Part shown: positions 1-8,787 of the stretch, one piece after another | Position numbering within the stretch: position 1 is the first letter of the stretch | Layout: every line of letters begins with the position of its first letter | Assembly (NCBI GenBank): GCA_965247535.1 | Contig: OZ252018.1 | Location: 1,783,813-1,847,812 of the forward strand | Reading direction: 5' to 3' | From: Dehalococcoidia bacterium | GTDB lineage: Bacteria > Chloroflexota > Dehalococcoidia > Lucifugimonadales > UBA2985 | Length of the DNA stretch: 64,000 nucleotides | Notes under the pieces: generated by a model | Told to the model about the DNA's origin: nothing | The model's input: only the letters and a program-made list of their open reading frames with translations | Databases searched by the model: none | Position numbers and translations under genes: made by a program

Positions 1-1569
1 GGCACCATCGCGCGAGAGTTCGCTCCCATGAAGAAGGGACACGTGACCACGCGTGAGAACATGCAGTTTCACTTTGTGCCCATTGCGGAGGTGCACCAGG
101 CGCTGAACGTGCTCGGGCAGACGGGCCTCTCGACCCGCGAGGCCTGCGGCAACACCGTGCGCAACGTCGCCGGCTGCCCTCTGTCCGGCGTCTGCAACGA
201 CGAGCCATTCGACGTGACGCCCTACGCCGGCGCCTACGCCCGCTACTTCCTGCGCCATCCCGTCACGCAGTCCATGCCCCGCAAGATCAAGTCGGCCTTC
301 TCCGGGTGCGAGAAGGACTGCGCCATCACCAGCATCCACGACGTCGGCTTCATTCCGCGAGTGCGCGAGGTGGACGGACAAGAGGAGCGAGGCTTCAAGA
401 TGGTGGTGGGCGGAGGCCTTTCGATCATGGCCCGCATTGCTCCCACGCTGTACGAGTTCGTGCCCGTAAGCGACTTCCTGCGCGTTAGCGAGGCGGTTCT
501 GCGGGTGTTCGATGCATCAGACGAGCTTCGCAAGAACAGGATGAAGGCGCGCATCAAGTTCCTCGTCGACCGCGTGGGCATCGACGAGTTCCGCGTGATG
601 GTCGAGCGCGAGCTGGAGATGCCGTGGGCGCAGCAGCCCAACGATCCCACGCCGCTGCTGTACCTGGACGACGAGGCGTCGGACGCACCGGAAGCAGAGG
701 CTGCGGCGCCGGAGACGCGCCAGTCGCCCAACGGTGACGCTGGTGAGTTCGACCTGTGGGCGGCAACCAACGTGGAGCCCCAGAAGCAGGACGGCTTCTT
801 CGTAGCGCTCATAAAGCTGCCCCAGGGAGACATACAGGAGGACCAGTTCCCGCTGCTGGCAGAGATCACTCGAAAGTACTCCAGTGGTCGTGCCCGCTTA
901 ACGCAGCAGCAGAACATGGCGCTCAGGTGGGTGAGCCGGGAGTCGCTGTACCCGCTGTGGCGAGACCTGAAGGAGGCCGGCTTGGCCGAGCCGGAAGTCA
1001 ACACGATCACCGACGTCACGTCCTGCCCTGGAACCGATAGCTGCAAGCTGGGCATCACGTCATCGATGGGTCTGGGCAGTGCGATTCGCGAGGAGCTTGC
1101 GGTGATGGACGTGTCCGACCCGCTGGTGAAGGGACTGCACATCAAGATGAGCGGCTGCCCCAACTCGTGCGGGCAGCACCACATAGCCAACATCGGGTTC
1201 CACGGGGCGTCCATGAAGGGCGACCGCGGGAACCAGGTGCCCGCGTACGAGATGTTCGTTGGCGGAAGCTACCAGGACCTGCGCGGGCAGGAGGAGTCTC
1301 GCATCGGGATGAGGCCCAAGGGCAAGATTCCGGCCAAGCGAGTGCCGGAGGTGATACGCACGGTCCTAGAGTACTACCAGGGCAACCGTGAAGAGTCGGA
1401 GACGTTCAACACCTTCGTGGACAGGGTAGGCATGGCTCCGTTCGAGGCCATTGCCGCCGAGTACCAGGATCTGGGCCCCCTGAACCGGGACAACATCGAC
1501 ACGTACATGGACTGGAACAAGACGGTGCTCTACAAGGTGGAGCGCGGCGAAGGGGAGTGCGCGATTTAG
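1..1569 (+). CDS. ferredoxin-type sulfite/nitrite reductase hemoprotein (NirA/Sir family), 5' end cut by window edge
   Basis: Frame is open from base 1 (GTIAREFAP precedes the first Met). Cys clusters TSCPGTDSCKLG and SGCPNSCGQHH are typical of siroheme-[4Fe-4S] sulfite/nitrite reductases. Confidence 0.85.
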   Translation, partial: GTIAREFAPMKKGHVTTRENMQFHFVPIAEVHQALNVLGQTGLSTREACGNTVRNVAGCPLSGVCNDEPFDVTPYAGAYARYFLRHPVTQSMPRKIKSAFSGCEKDCAITSIHDVGFIPRVREVDGQEERGFKMVVGGGLSIMARIAPTLYEFVPVSDFLRVSEAVLRVFDASDELRKNRMKARIKFLVDRVGIDEFRVMVERELEMPWAQQPNDPTPLLYLDDEASDAPEAEAAAPETRQSPNGDAGEFDLWAATNVEPQKQDGFFVALIKLPQGDIQEDQFPLLAEITRKYSSGRARLTQQQNMALRWVSRESLYPLWRDLKEAGLAEPEVNTITDVTSCPGTDSCKLGITSSMGLGSAIREELAVMDVSDPLVKGLHIKMSGCPNSCGQHHIANIGFHGASMKGDRGNQVPAYEMFVGGSYQDLRGQEESRIGMRPKGKIPAKRVPEVIRTVLEYYQGNREESETFNTFVDRVGMAPFEAIAAEYQDLGPLNRDNIDTYMDWNKTVLYKVERGEGECAI

Positions 1570-1603
1570 GGCGTTCTCACTAGGCGGTTCGTTCAGCCGG
1601 ACA

Positions 1604-1631
1604 CAATTGCAATGTAAGGGCGCTCTCCGAA
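1604..1631. terminator. perfect 11-bp stem hairpin between convergent genes (candidate bidirectional terminator)
   Basis: gtaagggcgct (1604-1614) pairs with agcgcccttac (1621-1631) around a 6-nt loop. It is followed by tgttg on the + strand; the U tract is weak. Confidence 0.5.
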
Positions 1632-1683
1632 GCGCCCTTACTGTTGTCCTGGCTGGAGTCTTGCGCTGAGCCGGCCGTTCAGT

Positions 1684-2124
1684 TCACCGACTCACATAGG
1701 CATGTGGGCATCTGCATCCGTCCTCGGCTTCCCCGGGCGAGAACTCTTCTAGCGCGTGCAGGAGCTCGCGTCCGGTTTGCAGGACTAGATTCAGAATCTC
1801 ATGCGGGGCCCGTGGTTGGCTTTTGAATCTGAGCGGCAGAACAAGCTCGTAGTCTGCTTCCCTCCGAAGCGCCATCATGTCATTCAATAGGTTGCCCACT
1901 GTCCGAGCTCGTGAATCATCACGAGCGTTGAATCTATCCCGGAGCTCGGTATGTCTGCGATTTGTGTCCAGTGGGACCGACACAGCGTTAGCCCTGAAGT
2001 ACCTGCAACAGGCTTCGTGATGAAGTCCGTAGTAGAGCCGGTTTACGACTGTGCGCTGTTCAGATTCAGTTCCAGCGGTCTGAGCGAGAGAGACCCCAAG
2101 CCGGTAGAAATCAAGCGGCCTCAT
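1684..2124 (-). CDS. HEPN-domain-like protein (hypothetical)
   Basis: 146 aa. It shows the helical HEPN-like pattern: NRLYYGLHHEACCRYF near the N-terminus, then RRHTELRDRF, then LNDMMALRREADYEL. Its start overlaps the stop of the upstream ORF by 4 nt (ATGA). Confidence 0.4.
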   Translation of the reverse strand: MRPLDFYRLGVSLAQTAGTESEQRTVVNRLYYGLHHEACCRYFRANAVSVPLDTNRRHTELRDRFNARDDSRARTVGNLLNDMMALRREADYELVLPLRFKSQPRAPHEILNLVLQTGRELLHALEEFSPGEAEDGCRCPHAYVSR

Positions 2125-2471
2125 AGGCTGGAAGGGATCAGGCTAAAGTAAATCCTTCGCCCGTAATCTTCTTGTTCGTCCTCCGACCACTCCCTTGACC
2201 ACTCGCCGACCTTGACCAGGATGTCATGTCGAAGCCCCCGGATGAATTCCCAATCTGCGTCGATGGCCATGGTCAAGTCCATGGTTTCGGAGTCTTCCTC
2301 ACCAAACACGTATTCGACCGTGACGTCCGCAGACTTCAACTGGTTACCCGCCAGGTCCAACGCGGTTTTGTATATGAAGTTGAGCGCCTTATCGCGCAGC
2401 GGCGTACGCATCCATTCGACGTCGGGCGGGAAGTGCAGACCCGCTCGGGCATCCTGGCGAATTGCGCTCAT
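2121..2471 (-). CDS. hypothetical acidic protein, translationally coupled to the HEPN-like ORF
   Basis: 116 aa ORF with a 4-nt overlap to the downstream gene. No recognisable motif, and no nucleotidyltransferase GSxxxG..DxD signature. Confidence 0.55.
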   Translation of the reverse strand: MSAIRQDARAGLHFPPDVEWMRTPLRDKALNFIYKTALDLAGNQLKSADVTVEYVFGEEDSETMDLTMAIDADWEFIRGLRHDILVKVGEWSREWSEDEQEDYGRRIYFSLIPSSL

Positions 2472-2519
2472 TGCTCCACTCCTCGCTTTGACTTCTGTCG
2501 TCTCGCAGCACTGCCCCGC

Positions 2520-2915
2520 CTAACGCTTGAGCCAGCGCTGGAATCGCGTCCACGCGCCGTCCTCATTGGGCGACTGCTCAATCGCCCGTCCTCGCCAGCG
2601 CCTCTCAGGACTGCCGCCGGGCCGCGCGAAGTAGAGCGCGTAGATCAATATGAACAGGATAAGCCCAAGCCACACGAACGGCCCAAGGAAGCCGGGCAGG
2701 ATCACGCTGACCAGTATGGCCAGCAGCAACAGCACGGCGCCGATAACCAGCAGGCGGCTTGAACTGCGGTAAACCAAGCCTGCCACGCCCCTGCCGATGC
2801 CCCCGAACACGGACGAAGGCGATCTCTTGCGGGGCATTTCGGGCTCTTTGGTGGGAGTGTGCTCCCCCGCCTGCCGGAGGATCTCCTCGATTTCTCTCTG
2901 ATACCGCTCGGACAT
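2520..2915 (-). CDS. small membrane protein, unknown function
   Basis: 131 aa. A charged N-terminus is followed by two hydrophobic segments (LLVIGAVLLLLAILVSVILPGFL and FVWLGLILFILIYALYF). Confidence 0.6.
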   Translation of the reverse strand: MSERYQREIEEILRQAGEHTPTKEPEMPRKRSPSSVFGGIGRGVAGLVYRSSSRLLVIGAVLLLLAILVSVILPGFLGPFVWLGLILFILIYALYFARPGGSPERRWRGRAIEQSPNEDGAWTRFQRWLKR

Positions 2916-3109
2916 GGCTCCCCCCCGGAGCGCCTATCATTATTCCTGATTATAGTCGAATATTCAGACTGGGGAAACCCCCGGCGCGCAATGCAGGATT
3001 CGTCGGCCCTTCAATTGGTCACGACGCAATCGTATGTTCCTTCAGGGATTGCGTACCCCTTGACACAGGGTTTACAATCTGTCTCCACTCACACTGTGGA
3101 GCGGCGCAC

Positions 3110-3958
3110 ATGATTCTGGATAGCGAAAGCAAGGCGCGCAAGAAGAGGGACAAGGCGAAGGAGGCAATTGCGCTTGCCCTTTCCAGCCGTTGGCAGGAAG
3201 CTGTCGAGTTCAACCGCGAGATAATCGACGAGTTTCCGCGGGACGTGGAGGCGCACAACCGGCTGGGTAAGGCGCTCTCTGAGCTCGGGCTCTACAGGGA
3301 GGCCAAGGCCGCCTTCGGACGCACCCTGGAGATCTCGCCCGCCAACAGCATCGCTCGCAAGAACCTGCGAAGGCTGGACCAGCTCAGCGAGGACGCGCCG
3401 GTGCCCCGGCAGGGTGCCAAGGCGACCCTCCAGCTGTTCATCGAGGAGCGCGGTAGGTCAGGCTCAATTTCGCTGACGCGGCTGCCTCCGGGCGGCGCCC
3501 ACCTCCACGTGGCTCCCGGCGACGCCGTGCAGCTGCGGGTGACCGGCGGAGGCCTCACCGTGGAGAGCCCGGAGGGGCTGTACCTGGGAGAGGTGGAGCT
3601 GAGACAGGGACAGCGCCTGGCGCGTCTCATGGAGGGCGGCAACCGCTATGAGGCCGCTGTTACCTCCGTGCAGGAGGACAGCCTGGTCATCATGATCAGA
3701 GAGACGTACCAGCACAGCAGCCAGCAGGGCATCATGTCGTTCCCGTACAAGCAGCCGATGGGAGGCGTCTACTCCTACCTTGGCAGCCTGCCACTGCCGG
3801 CCGAGATCGACCTGGAGGATGAGGAGATCGAGCTGGACCGGCCGCCCATCATCGACTGGGACGAAGAGGGCGAGATGACCATCGCCGCGCCGCCCTCGGA
3901 CGAAGAAGAGCCCGTGCCATCCTCCGCCGATGAACTGGAGGAGCAGCCCGGCTTCTAG
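3110..3958 (+). CDS. TPR-repeat protein with acidic C-terminus
   Basis: ATG at 3110 is in frame with ORF 2759..3958. TPR-like helices are present (WQEAVEFNREIIDEFPRDVEAHNRLGKALSELGLYREAKAAFGRTLEISPAN). The upstream part of the ORF is Arg/Cys/Pro-rich junk. Confidence 0.7.
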   Translation: MILDSESKARKKRDKAKEAIALALSSRWQEAVEFNREIIDEFPRDVEAHNRLGKALSELGLYREAKAAFGRTLEISPANSIARKNLRRLDQLSEDAPVPRQGAKATLQLFIEERGRSGSISLTRLPPGGAHLHVAPGDAVQLRVTGGGLTVESPEGLYLGEVELRQGQRLARLMEGGNRYEAAVTSVQEDSLVIMIRETYQHSSQQGIMSFPYKQPMGGVYSYLGSLPLPAEIDLEDEEIELDRPPIIDWDEEGEMTIAAPPSDEEEPVPSSADELEEQPGF

Positions 3959-4055
3959 CACGCCGGCCGCTTAGCGTCTCGGATCAGCCACCAGTCTCCT
4001 GCGCAAGTGTCTCTTTCGTACGCCCGCGTCCTGGTGTATCATCACACGCGCGAAC

Positions 4056-5435
4056 ATGGAGCTATCCAGGCGAATCTATCCACTTGACCCGCGCGAGCTG
4101 ACGGAAGAGCAGCTTGCAGTCGTGTTCGCCATGACGTCACGCAACCCCCAGCCCTTCGACGAGATCGCGCGGCTGGTGACCGAGGAGCGGGCCGCCGACT
4201 TCCACGAGCGTTGGGTGCTCAACTACGGGCACGCCTCCGTGGCAGAGCACGCCGTGCTGCACATGGCCGTGGAGAACATCTCTCGCCTGGCCTGCGACTC
4301 CTTGGAGGACAACCGGCTGGCTTCCTACACGGAAAAGTCCTCGCGCTACCAGGTGCTGGAACGGGGACACTACCACGTCCCCAGCGAGCTGGACGAAGAC
4401 GTTACCCTGCGCGAGGTCTACGTCGGCGCCTGCGACGCGCTGTTCGCGGCCTATGAGGCGTCGGTCGATGGGCTGCTGACCCACCTGCGTGACGTCACAC
4501 CGCGCAACGAGGGCGAGCGAGAGGCGGGCTACAACCTCCGGCTCAGGCGCGTTGCCACGGACGCGGCCCGCTTCCTGCTACCCGCAGCTACCCTGACAAA
4601 CGTGGGCGTCACGCTGAACGCCCGCTCCATGGAACACGCGGTCCGCAAGTTGCTATCGTCGCAGCTTGCTGAGGAGAGGGAGATTGGCGATGCGTTGAAG
4701 GAGCAGGGCAGGGAAATCACGCCCACGCTCATCAAGTACGCCGACCGCAACGAGTACATTGCGCTCACGCGCCAGGCTCAGGAGGCGCTGGCCCTGCCCG
4801 GCGACGAGGTCCGAGGCATGTACGACTGCCGCGCCGAACTGGTCCACTACGACGCGAAGGGGGAACAGAAGCTGGCCGCCGCGTTGCTGTACCGATTCTC
4901 GCCAATGCCGTATGCGGAGGTGTGGGAGCGCGTGCAACGCATGGACCGGTCGCAGTTGGAAGCCGTGGTCCACGAGGCGCTCGACCGGCTGGGCCCGCAC
5001 GACATACCGCTGAGGGAGCTGGAGGTGGTTGACTACACCTTCGACCTGGTGATGGACTACGGCGCCTTCCGCGAGTTCAAACGACACCGAATGCAGACGT
5101 ACCTGGCGCAGCCGGCCACCGTTGACCTCGGATACATCGTCCCGGACATCGTGCTGGAGGCCGGGCTTGAGAACCAGTTCAGGGATGCGATGGAGACGGC
5201 GGCGGAGGGCTACCATCGCGTCGCCGGGGCTTCGCCCGACGTGGCGGCGTACCTGGTGACTCACGCTCACCTGAGGCGCGTGCTCTCCAAGCTGAACCTG
5301 CGCGAGTGCTACCACCTGTTCAAGCTGCGCACAAGCCCGCAGGCGCACTTCACCCTGCGGAGGGTGATGCATCAGGCGCTTGACCTCGCAAGGGAACGCC
5401 ACCCGCTCCTGTTCAAATATCTGAGTCTGCGTTGA
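4056..5435 (+). CDS. two-domain ThyX (Thy1) family protein, FAD-dependent thymidylate synthase-like
   Basis: The N half has HASVAEH and LASYTEKSSRY (the SxxxxSxRY part of the ThyX motif), with DNR where RHR is expected. The C half has FKRHRMQT and NLRECYHLFKLRTSPQAH. At 459 aa it is about twice canonical ThyX length. Confidence 0.75.
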   Translation: MELSRRIYPLDPRELTEEQLAVVFAMTSRNPQPFDEIARLVTEERAADFHERWVLNYGHASVAEHAVLHMAVENISRLACDSLEDNRLASYTEKSSRYQVLERGHYHVPSELDEDVTLREVYVGACDALFAAYEASVDGLLTHLRDVTPRNEGEREAGYNLRLRRVATDAARFLLPAATLTNVGVTLNARSMEHAVRKLLSSQLAEEREIGDALKEQGREITPTLIKYADRNEYIALTRQAQEALALPGDEVRGMYDCRAELVHYDAKGEQKLAAALLYRFSPMPYAEVWERVQRMDRSQLEAVVHEALDRLGPHDIPLRELEVVDYTFDLVMDYGAFREFKRHRMQTYLAQPATVDLGYIVPDIVLEAGLENQFRDAMETAAEGYHRVAGASPDVAAYLVTHAHLRRVLSKLNLRECYHLFKLRTSPQAHFTLRRVMHQALDLARERHPLLFKYLSLR

Positions 5436-5453
5436 GAGCGGTCTTAGCGACGC

Positions 5454-7910
5454 CTACTTGGAAGGCCCGCCGCCGACGTTCATGCTGGTTGCCGTGATCA
5501 CGTAGTCGTCATCGTCGGGCTTCATGATCTTCACGCCCTGAGTAATGCGGCCAAGCGAGCGAATCTCTGCCAGCGGCGTGCGCATCATGACGCCCTTCGC
5601 CGAGATGATGATCACCTCCGTGGCGGCGTCCTGCACAAGGTGGGCCGTGGCCACGGGCCCGGTCTTATCCGTAATCCTCAGCGTGGTCACGCCCATGACG
5701 CCGCGGCCGGTGGTCTTGTAGGACGTGATGGCGGTCAGCTTGCCGTGGCCGTTGCGGCTTACCACAAGCAGCCTGGCGCCCGGAATCACCACGTCCATTG
5801 ACACCACCCTGTCACCGGGGCTGAGGCGCATACCGCGCACTCCGCCCGACTGGCGCTGCCTGACAGGCACCTTATCGATGGCAAACCTGGCCGCCTTGCC
5901 CATCTCGGACACCATCACCACCTCGTCGTCGTCCGCGGCCTGCCATGCCGAGATTACCTCGTCGCCGTCCTCGATGTCCATCGCAATCAGTCCGTTGCTG
6001 CGTATGCTCGCAAGCGCCTCGAACTTCATGCGCTTGATCTCGCCCATGCGGGTTGCCAGGAGGATGTTGCCACCCGTGTCGATGCCGGTCTGCACCACCA
6101 CGGCGTTGATGCGCTCTCCCTCTGACAGCGAGAGCAGATTGACGGCGGGAGTGCCGCGGGTGTTGCGCGAGCTGTCCTGTGGGATCTCGTAGCACCGCAT
6201 GGAGTAGGCCTTGCCTCGGTTGGTGAAGAAGAGGAGCGTGTCATGCGTGTCGCCCACAAGAAGGTGCTGCAGCGCGTCCGTCTCCCTTGTGGACATGCCC
6301 ACTACGCCCCTTCCGCCCCTGTGCTGGGCGCGGTACGTGCTGGTGGGCATGCACTTTACGTAGCCGCGCTGCGTGATGGTGATGACCACGTCCTGATGGG
6401 GTACCAGGTCCGCCCGCGTGGGTGCGTCCGGCTCCCGGTCCAGTACCTCTGTGCGGCGGTCGTCGCCGAAGTCCTTGCGGATTTGCCGTGTCTCCTTCTT
6501 GACCTCCGCCAGGATCTTCTGCGGGTCGGCGAGCAGCGTCTCCAGCTGGCCGATCGTCTTCTGCAGCTGCTGGTACTCCTGTTCGATGCGCTCACGCTCC
6601 AGCGCGGCGATGCGCCGTAGCTGCATGTCCAGGATGGCCTGGGCCTGCACCTGCGTCAGCGCAAACCACTCCATCAGGCCCTGCCGAGCGGTTTCCGCAT
6701 CGGCGGCCTGGCGTATGATGACAATGACTTGGTCCAAATTGAGCAGTGCCGCTCTGAGCCCCTCTACGATATGAATGCGCTCCTGCGCCCTCCGGAGGTC
6801 GTGCTGGGCGCGGCGTGTGACGACCAGGCGGCGGAAGTCGATGTAGTGGCGCAGCATGCGCTTGAGAGGAAGCACCTGCGGCTGACCGTCCACCAGCGCA
6901 AGCGTGTTTACGAAGAAGGCGGTCTGCATGGCCGTCTGCTTGTACAGGTTGTTCAGCACTATCTCCGGCTGGGCCTCCCTGCGCAGCTCCACAACCACGC
7001 GCAGGCCGTGACGGTCCGACTCGTCGCGCACCTCGCTGATGCCGTCTATCTTCTTGTCCTTGGCAAGCTGAGCTATCTTCTCCACCAGCGACGCCTTGTT
7101 GATTTGGAATGGAATCTCCGTCACCACGATCTGCGGGCGCTCAGTGCGTCTCTCGCTCTCCTCAATCGCGGCCTTGGCCCTGACTAGGATGCGTCCCCGG
7201 CCGGTGGAGTAGGCGTTGAGGATGGAGTCCTGTCCCATGATGATGCCGCCCGTGGGGAAGTCCGGGCCCTTGATGAACTTGACCAGGTCCTCCACCGTGG
7301 CGTCGGGGCGGTCTATGAGGTGGATGACGGCGTCGCACACCTCCCGCAGGTTGTGCGGCGGGATGCTCGTTGCCATGCCGACCGCGATGCCGGAGGCGCC
7401 ATTGAGCAGCAGGTTGGGCAGCAGGGCCGGCAGCACCTGCGGTTCGCGGAGGGACTCGTCGAAGTTGGCGGCAAAGTCCACGGTCTCCCGGTCTATGTCC
7501 GCGAGCAGCTGCTGCGCCATGACCGAGAGGCGGGCCTCCGTGTAACGCATGGCGGCGGGCGGGTCGTCGTCAATGCTGCCGAAGTTGCCCTGCCCGTCGA
7601 CCAGGGGATAGCGCATGGAAAAGTCCTGCGCCAATCGCACCATCGAGTCGTAGACGGGGCTGTCTCCGTGGGGGTGGTACTTTCCAAGCACCTCTCCGAC
7701 AAGGCGGGCGCTCTTCTTGTATGGGGTGTTGGCTCTCATCCCCAGCTCGTCCATGGCGTAGAGGATGCGCCTCTGCACTGGCTTCAGGCCGTCCCGCACG
7801 TCCGGCAGGGCGCGTGAGACGATTACGCTCATGGCGTAATCCAAGTAAGAGCTGCGCATCTCGTCTTCGATGCGAACGGGGCGTATGTTCTCGGCCGAAG
7901 GAGTTACCAT
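5454..7910 (-). CDS. gyrA: DNA gyrase subunit A
   Basis: 818 aa. Canonical N-terminus [31 protein letters not shown], the active-site region AAMRYTE, and C-terminal beta-pinwheel repeats. Confidence 0.97.
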   Translation of the reverse strand: MVTPSAENIRPVRIEDEMRSSYLDYAMSVIVSRALPDVRDGLKPVQRRILYAMDELGMRANTPYKKSARLVGEVLGKYHPHGDSPVYDSMVRLAQDFSMRYPLVDGQGNFGSIDDDPPAAMRYTEARLSVMAQQLLADIDRETVDFAANFDESLREPQVLPALLPNLLLNGASGIAVGMATSIPPHNLREVCDAVIHLIDRPDATVEDLVKFIKGPDFPTGGIIMGQDSILNAYSTGRGRILVRAKAAIEESERRTERPQIVVTEIPFQINKASLVEKIAQLAKDKKIDGISEVRDESDRHGLRVVVELRREAQPEIVLNNLYKQTAMQTAFFVNTLALVDGQPQVLPLKRMLRHYIDFRRLVVTRRAQHDLRRAQERIHIVEGLRAALLNLDQVIVIIRQAADAETARQGLMEWFALTQVQAQAILDMQLRRIAALERERIEQEYQQLQKTIGQLETLLADPQKILAEVKKETRQIRKDFGDDRRTEVLDREPDAPTRADLVPHQDVVITITQRGYVKCMPTSTYRAQHRGGRGVVGMSTRETDALQHLLVGDTHDTLLFFTNRGKAYSMRCYEIPQDSSRNTRGTPAVNLLSLSEGERINAVVVQTGIDTGGNILLATRMGEIKRMKFEALASIRSNGLIAMDIEDGDEVISAWQAADDDEVVMVSEMGKAARFAIDKVPVRQRQSGGVRGMRLSPGDRVVSMDVVIPGARLLVVSRNGHGKLTAITSYKTTGRGVMGVTTLRITDKTGPVATAHLVQDAATEVIIISAKGVMMRTPLAEIRSLGRITQGVKIMKPDDDDYVITATSMNVGGGPSK

Positions 7911-7932
7911 TGATCCATCCTCTTTTCTGAGG

Positions 7933-8661
7933 TTATCTCGAGGCCGCTCCGTGGGCTGGCAGGGCGGCCCTCATCTGCGAGTACGTCTCTCCCCTGTCTG
8001 CCAGCGCGAGGAAGAGATTGCCGAAGTTGCGTGGAAGCTCGTCCAGGTTCTCGTTGTGCCACTGTACGCCTATGACCCAGTCGTGGTGCGGGCTCTCCAG
8101 CGCCTCTATGAGGCCGTCCTCAAGTGAGTAGGCGGAGGCCATCAAGGAATGGGCCTTCAGAGGTTCGCTCACTCCCTGGTGGTGCCGGCTGTTGACTCTC
8201 ACGAATCCCCCGGCGCCCATTATGGCGGCCAGCTTGCTTCCGGGAGATATGTACACCCTGTGGTACGCCGAGCCGGGGATGCCATCCTCCCTTCGATGGC
8301 TGGGCAGGTGCTGAATGAGCTGCCCGCCGCACACCACGTTGAGGAGCTGCATCCCGCGGCAAATGCCCAGGACGGGCATGTCTCGCTCCATTGCTGCTTG
8401 CAGCAGAGCGATTTCCCACTCATCCTGCGCGTGGGCAGGATCGTCCAGGCCTGCGCCGGGGTCCGGATCGCGGTTGTATCGAGGAGGGTGGATGTCCGCG
8501 CCCCCCGTGATCAACAGGCCGTCGATGGAGTCCAGGGTGACCGGGACCTGCTCCGGTGAGTCCGGCAGAAGGAGGAGCGTTTCGACGCCGCCCCACTCGG
8601 CGGCCTCCACGTAGGTGCGCGCCCAGTCTGCGTCCGAGGCTGCCACGCCAATCAGCGGCAT
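7933..8661 (-). CDS. class I glutamine amidotransferase / gamma-glutamyl hydrolase family (peptidase C26, PuuD-like)
   Basis: [11 protein letters not shown] nucleophile-Cys motif and a downstream HHQ/VQWH His region. 242 aa. Its stop lies 22 nt upstream of the gyrA start on the same strand. Confidence 0.85.
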   Translation of the reverse strand: MPLIGVAASDADWARTYVEAAEWGGVETLLLLPDSPEQVPVTLDSIDGLLITGGADIHPPRYNRDPDPGAGLDDPAHAQDEWEIALLQAAMERDMPVLGICRGMQLLNVVCGGQLIQHLPSHRREDGIPGSAYHRVYISPGSKLAAIMGAGGFVRVNSRHHQGVSEPLKAHSLMASAYSLEDGLIEALESPHHDWVIGVQWHNENLDELPRNFGNLFLALADRGETYSQMRAALPAHGAASR

Positions 8662-8787
8662 AGCGCGGCCTCCTCATCGGTGCGTAGCACCGGCACTGCG
8701 TGCGCGCAGAGAACGCATGCCACCCGCGCGATGCGAGTCACTGCCAGGGAGTCTGGATTGAGGAAGGACACCACTGGGTTCTCCTGA

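Noticed and set aside
243-1214. 323-aa ORF antisense to the sulfite/nitrite reductase gene, and many similar long antisense or alternate-frame ORFs (e.g. 8971..9636, 13533..14270, 14892..15815, 18766..19569, 19950..20825, 20979..22106, 24485..25417, 27253..28554, 27962..28768, 31213..32130)
   Set aside because: These are typical shadow ORFs of high-GC DNA. They are Arg/Pro/Gly/Ala-rich with low-complexity composition. Each overlaps a gene with clear family motifs on the other strand or frame.
2759-3109. 117-codon N-terminal extension of the TPR protein ORF, plus overlapping ORFs 2226..2762 and 2605..2940
   Set aside because: The sequence is Cys/Arg/Pro-rich and junk-like, and it overlaps the minus-strand membrane-protein gene 2520..2915. 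TPR helices begin only after the ATG at 3110.
4071-4082. DnaA-box-like tctatccact, considered because gyrA, gyrB and rsmG are often origin-proximal
   Set aside because: It is a single near-match inside the ThyX-like coding sequence. No cluster of DnaA boxes or AT-rich unwinding element was noticed in the intergenic regions.
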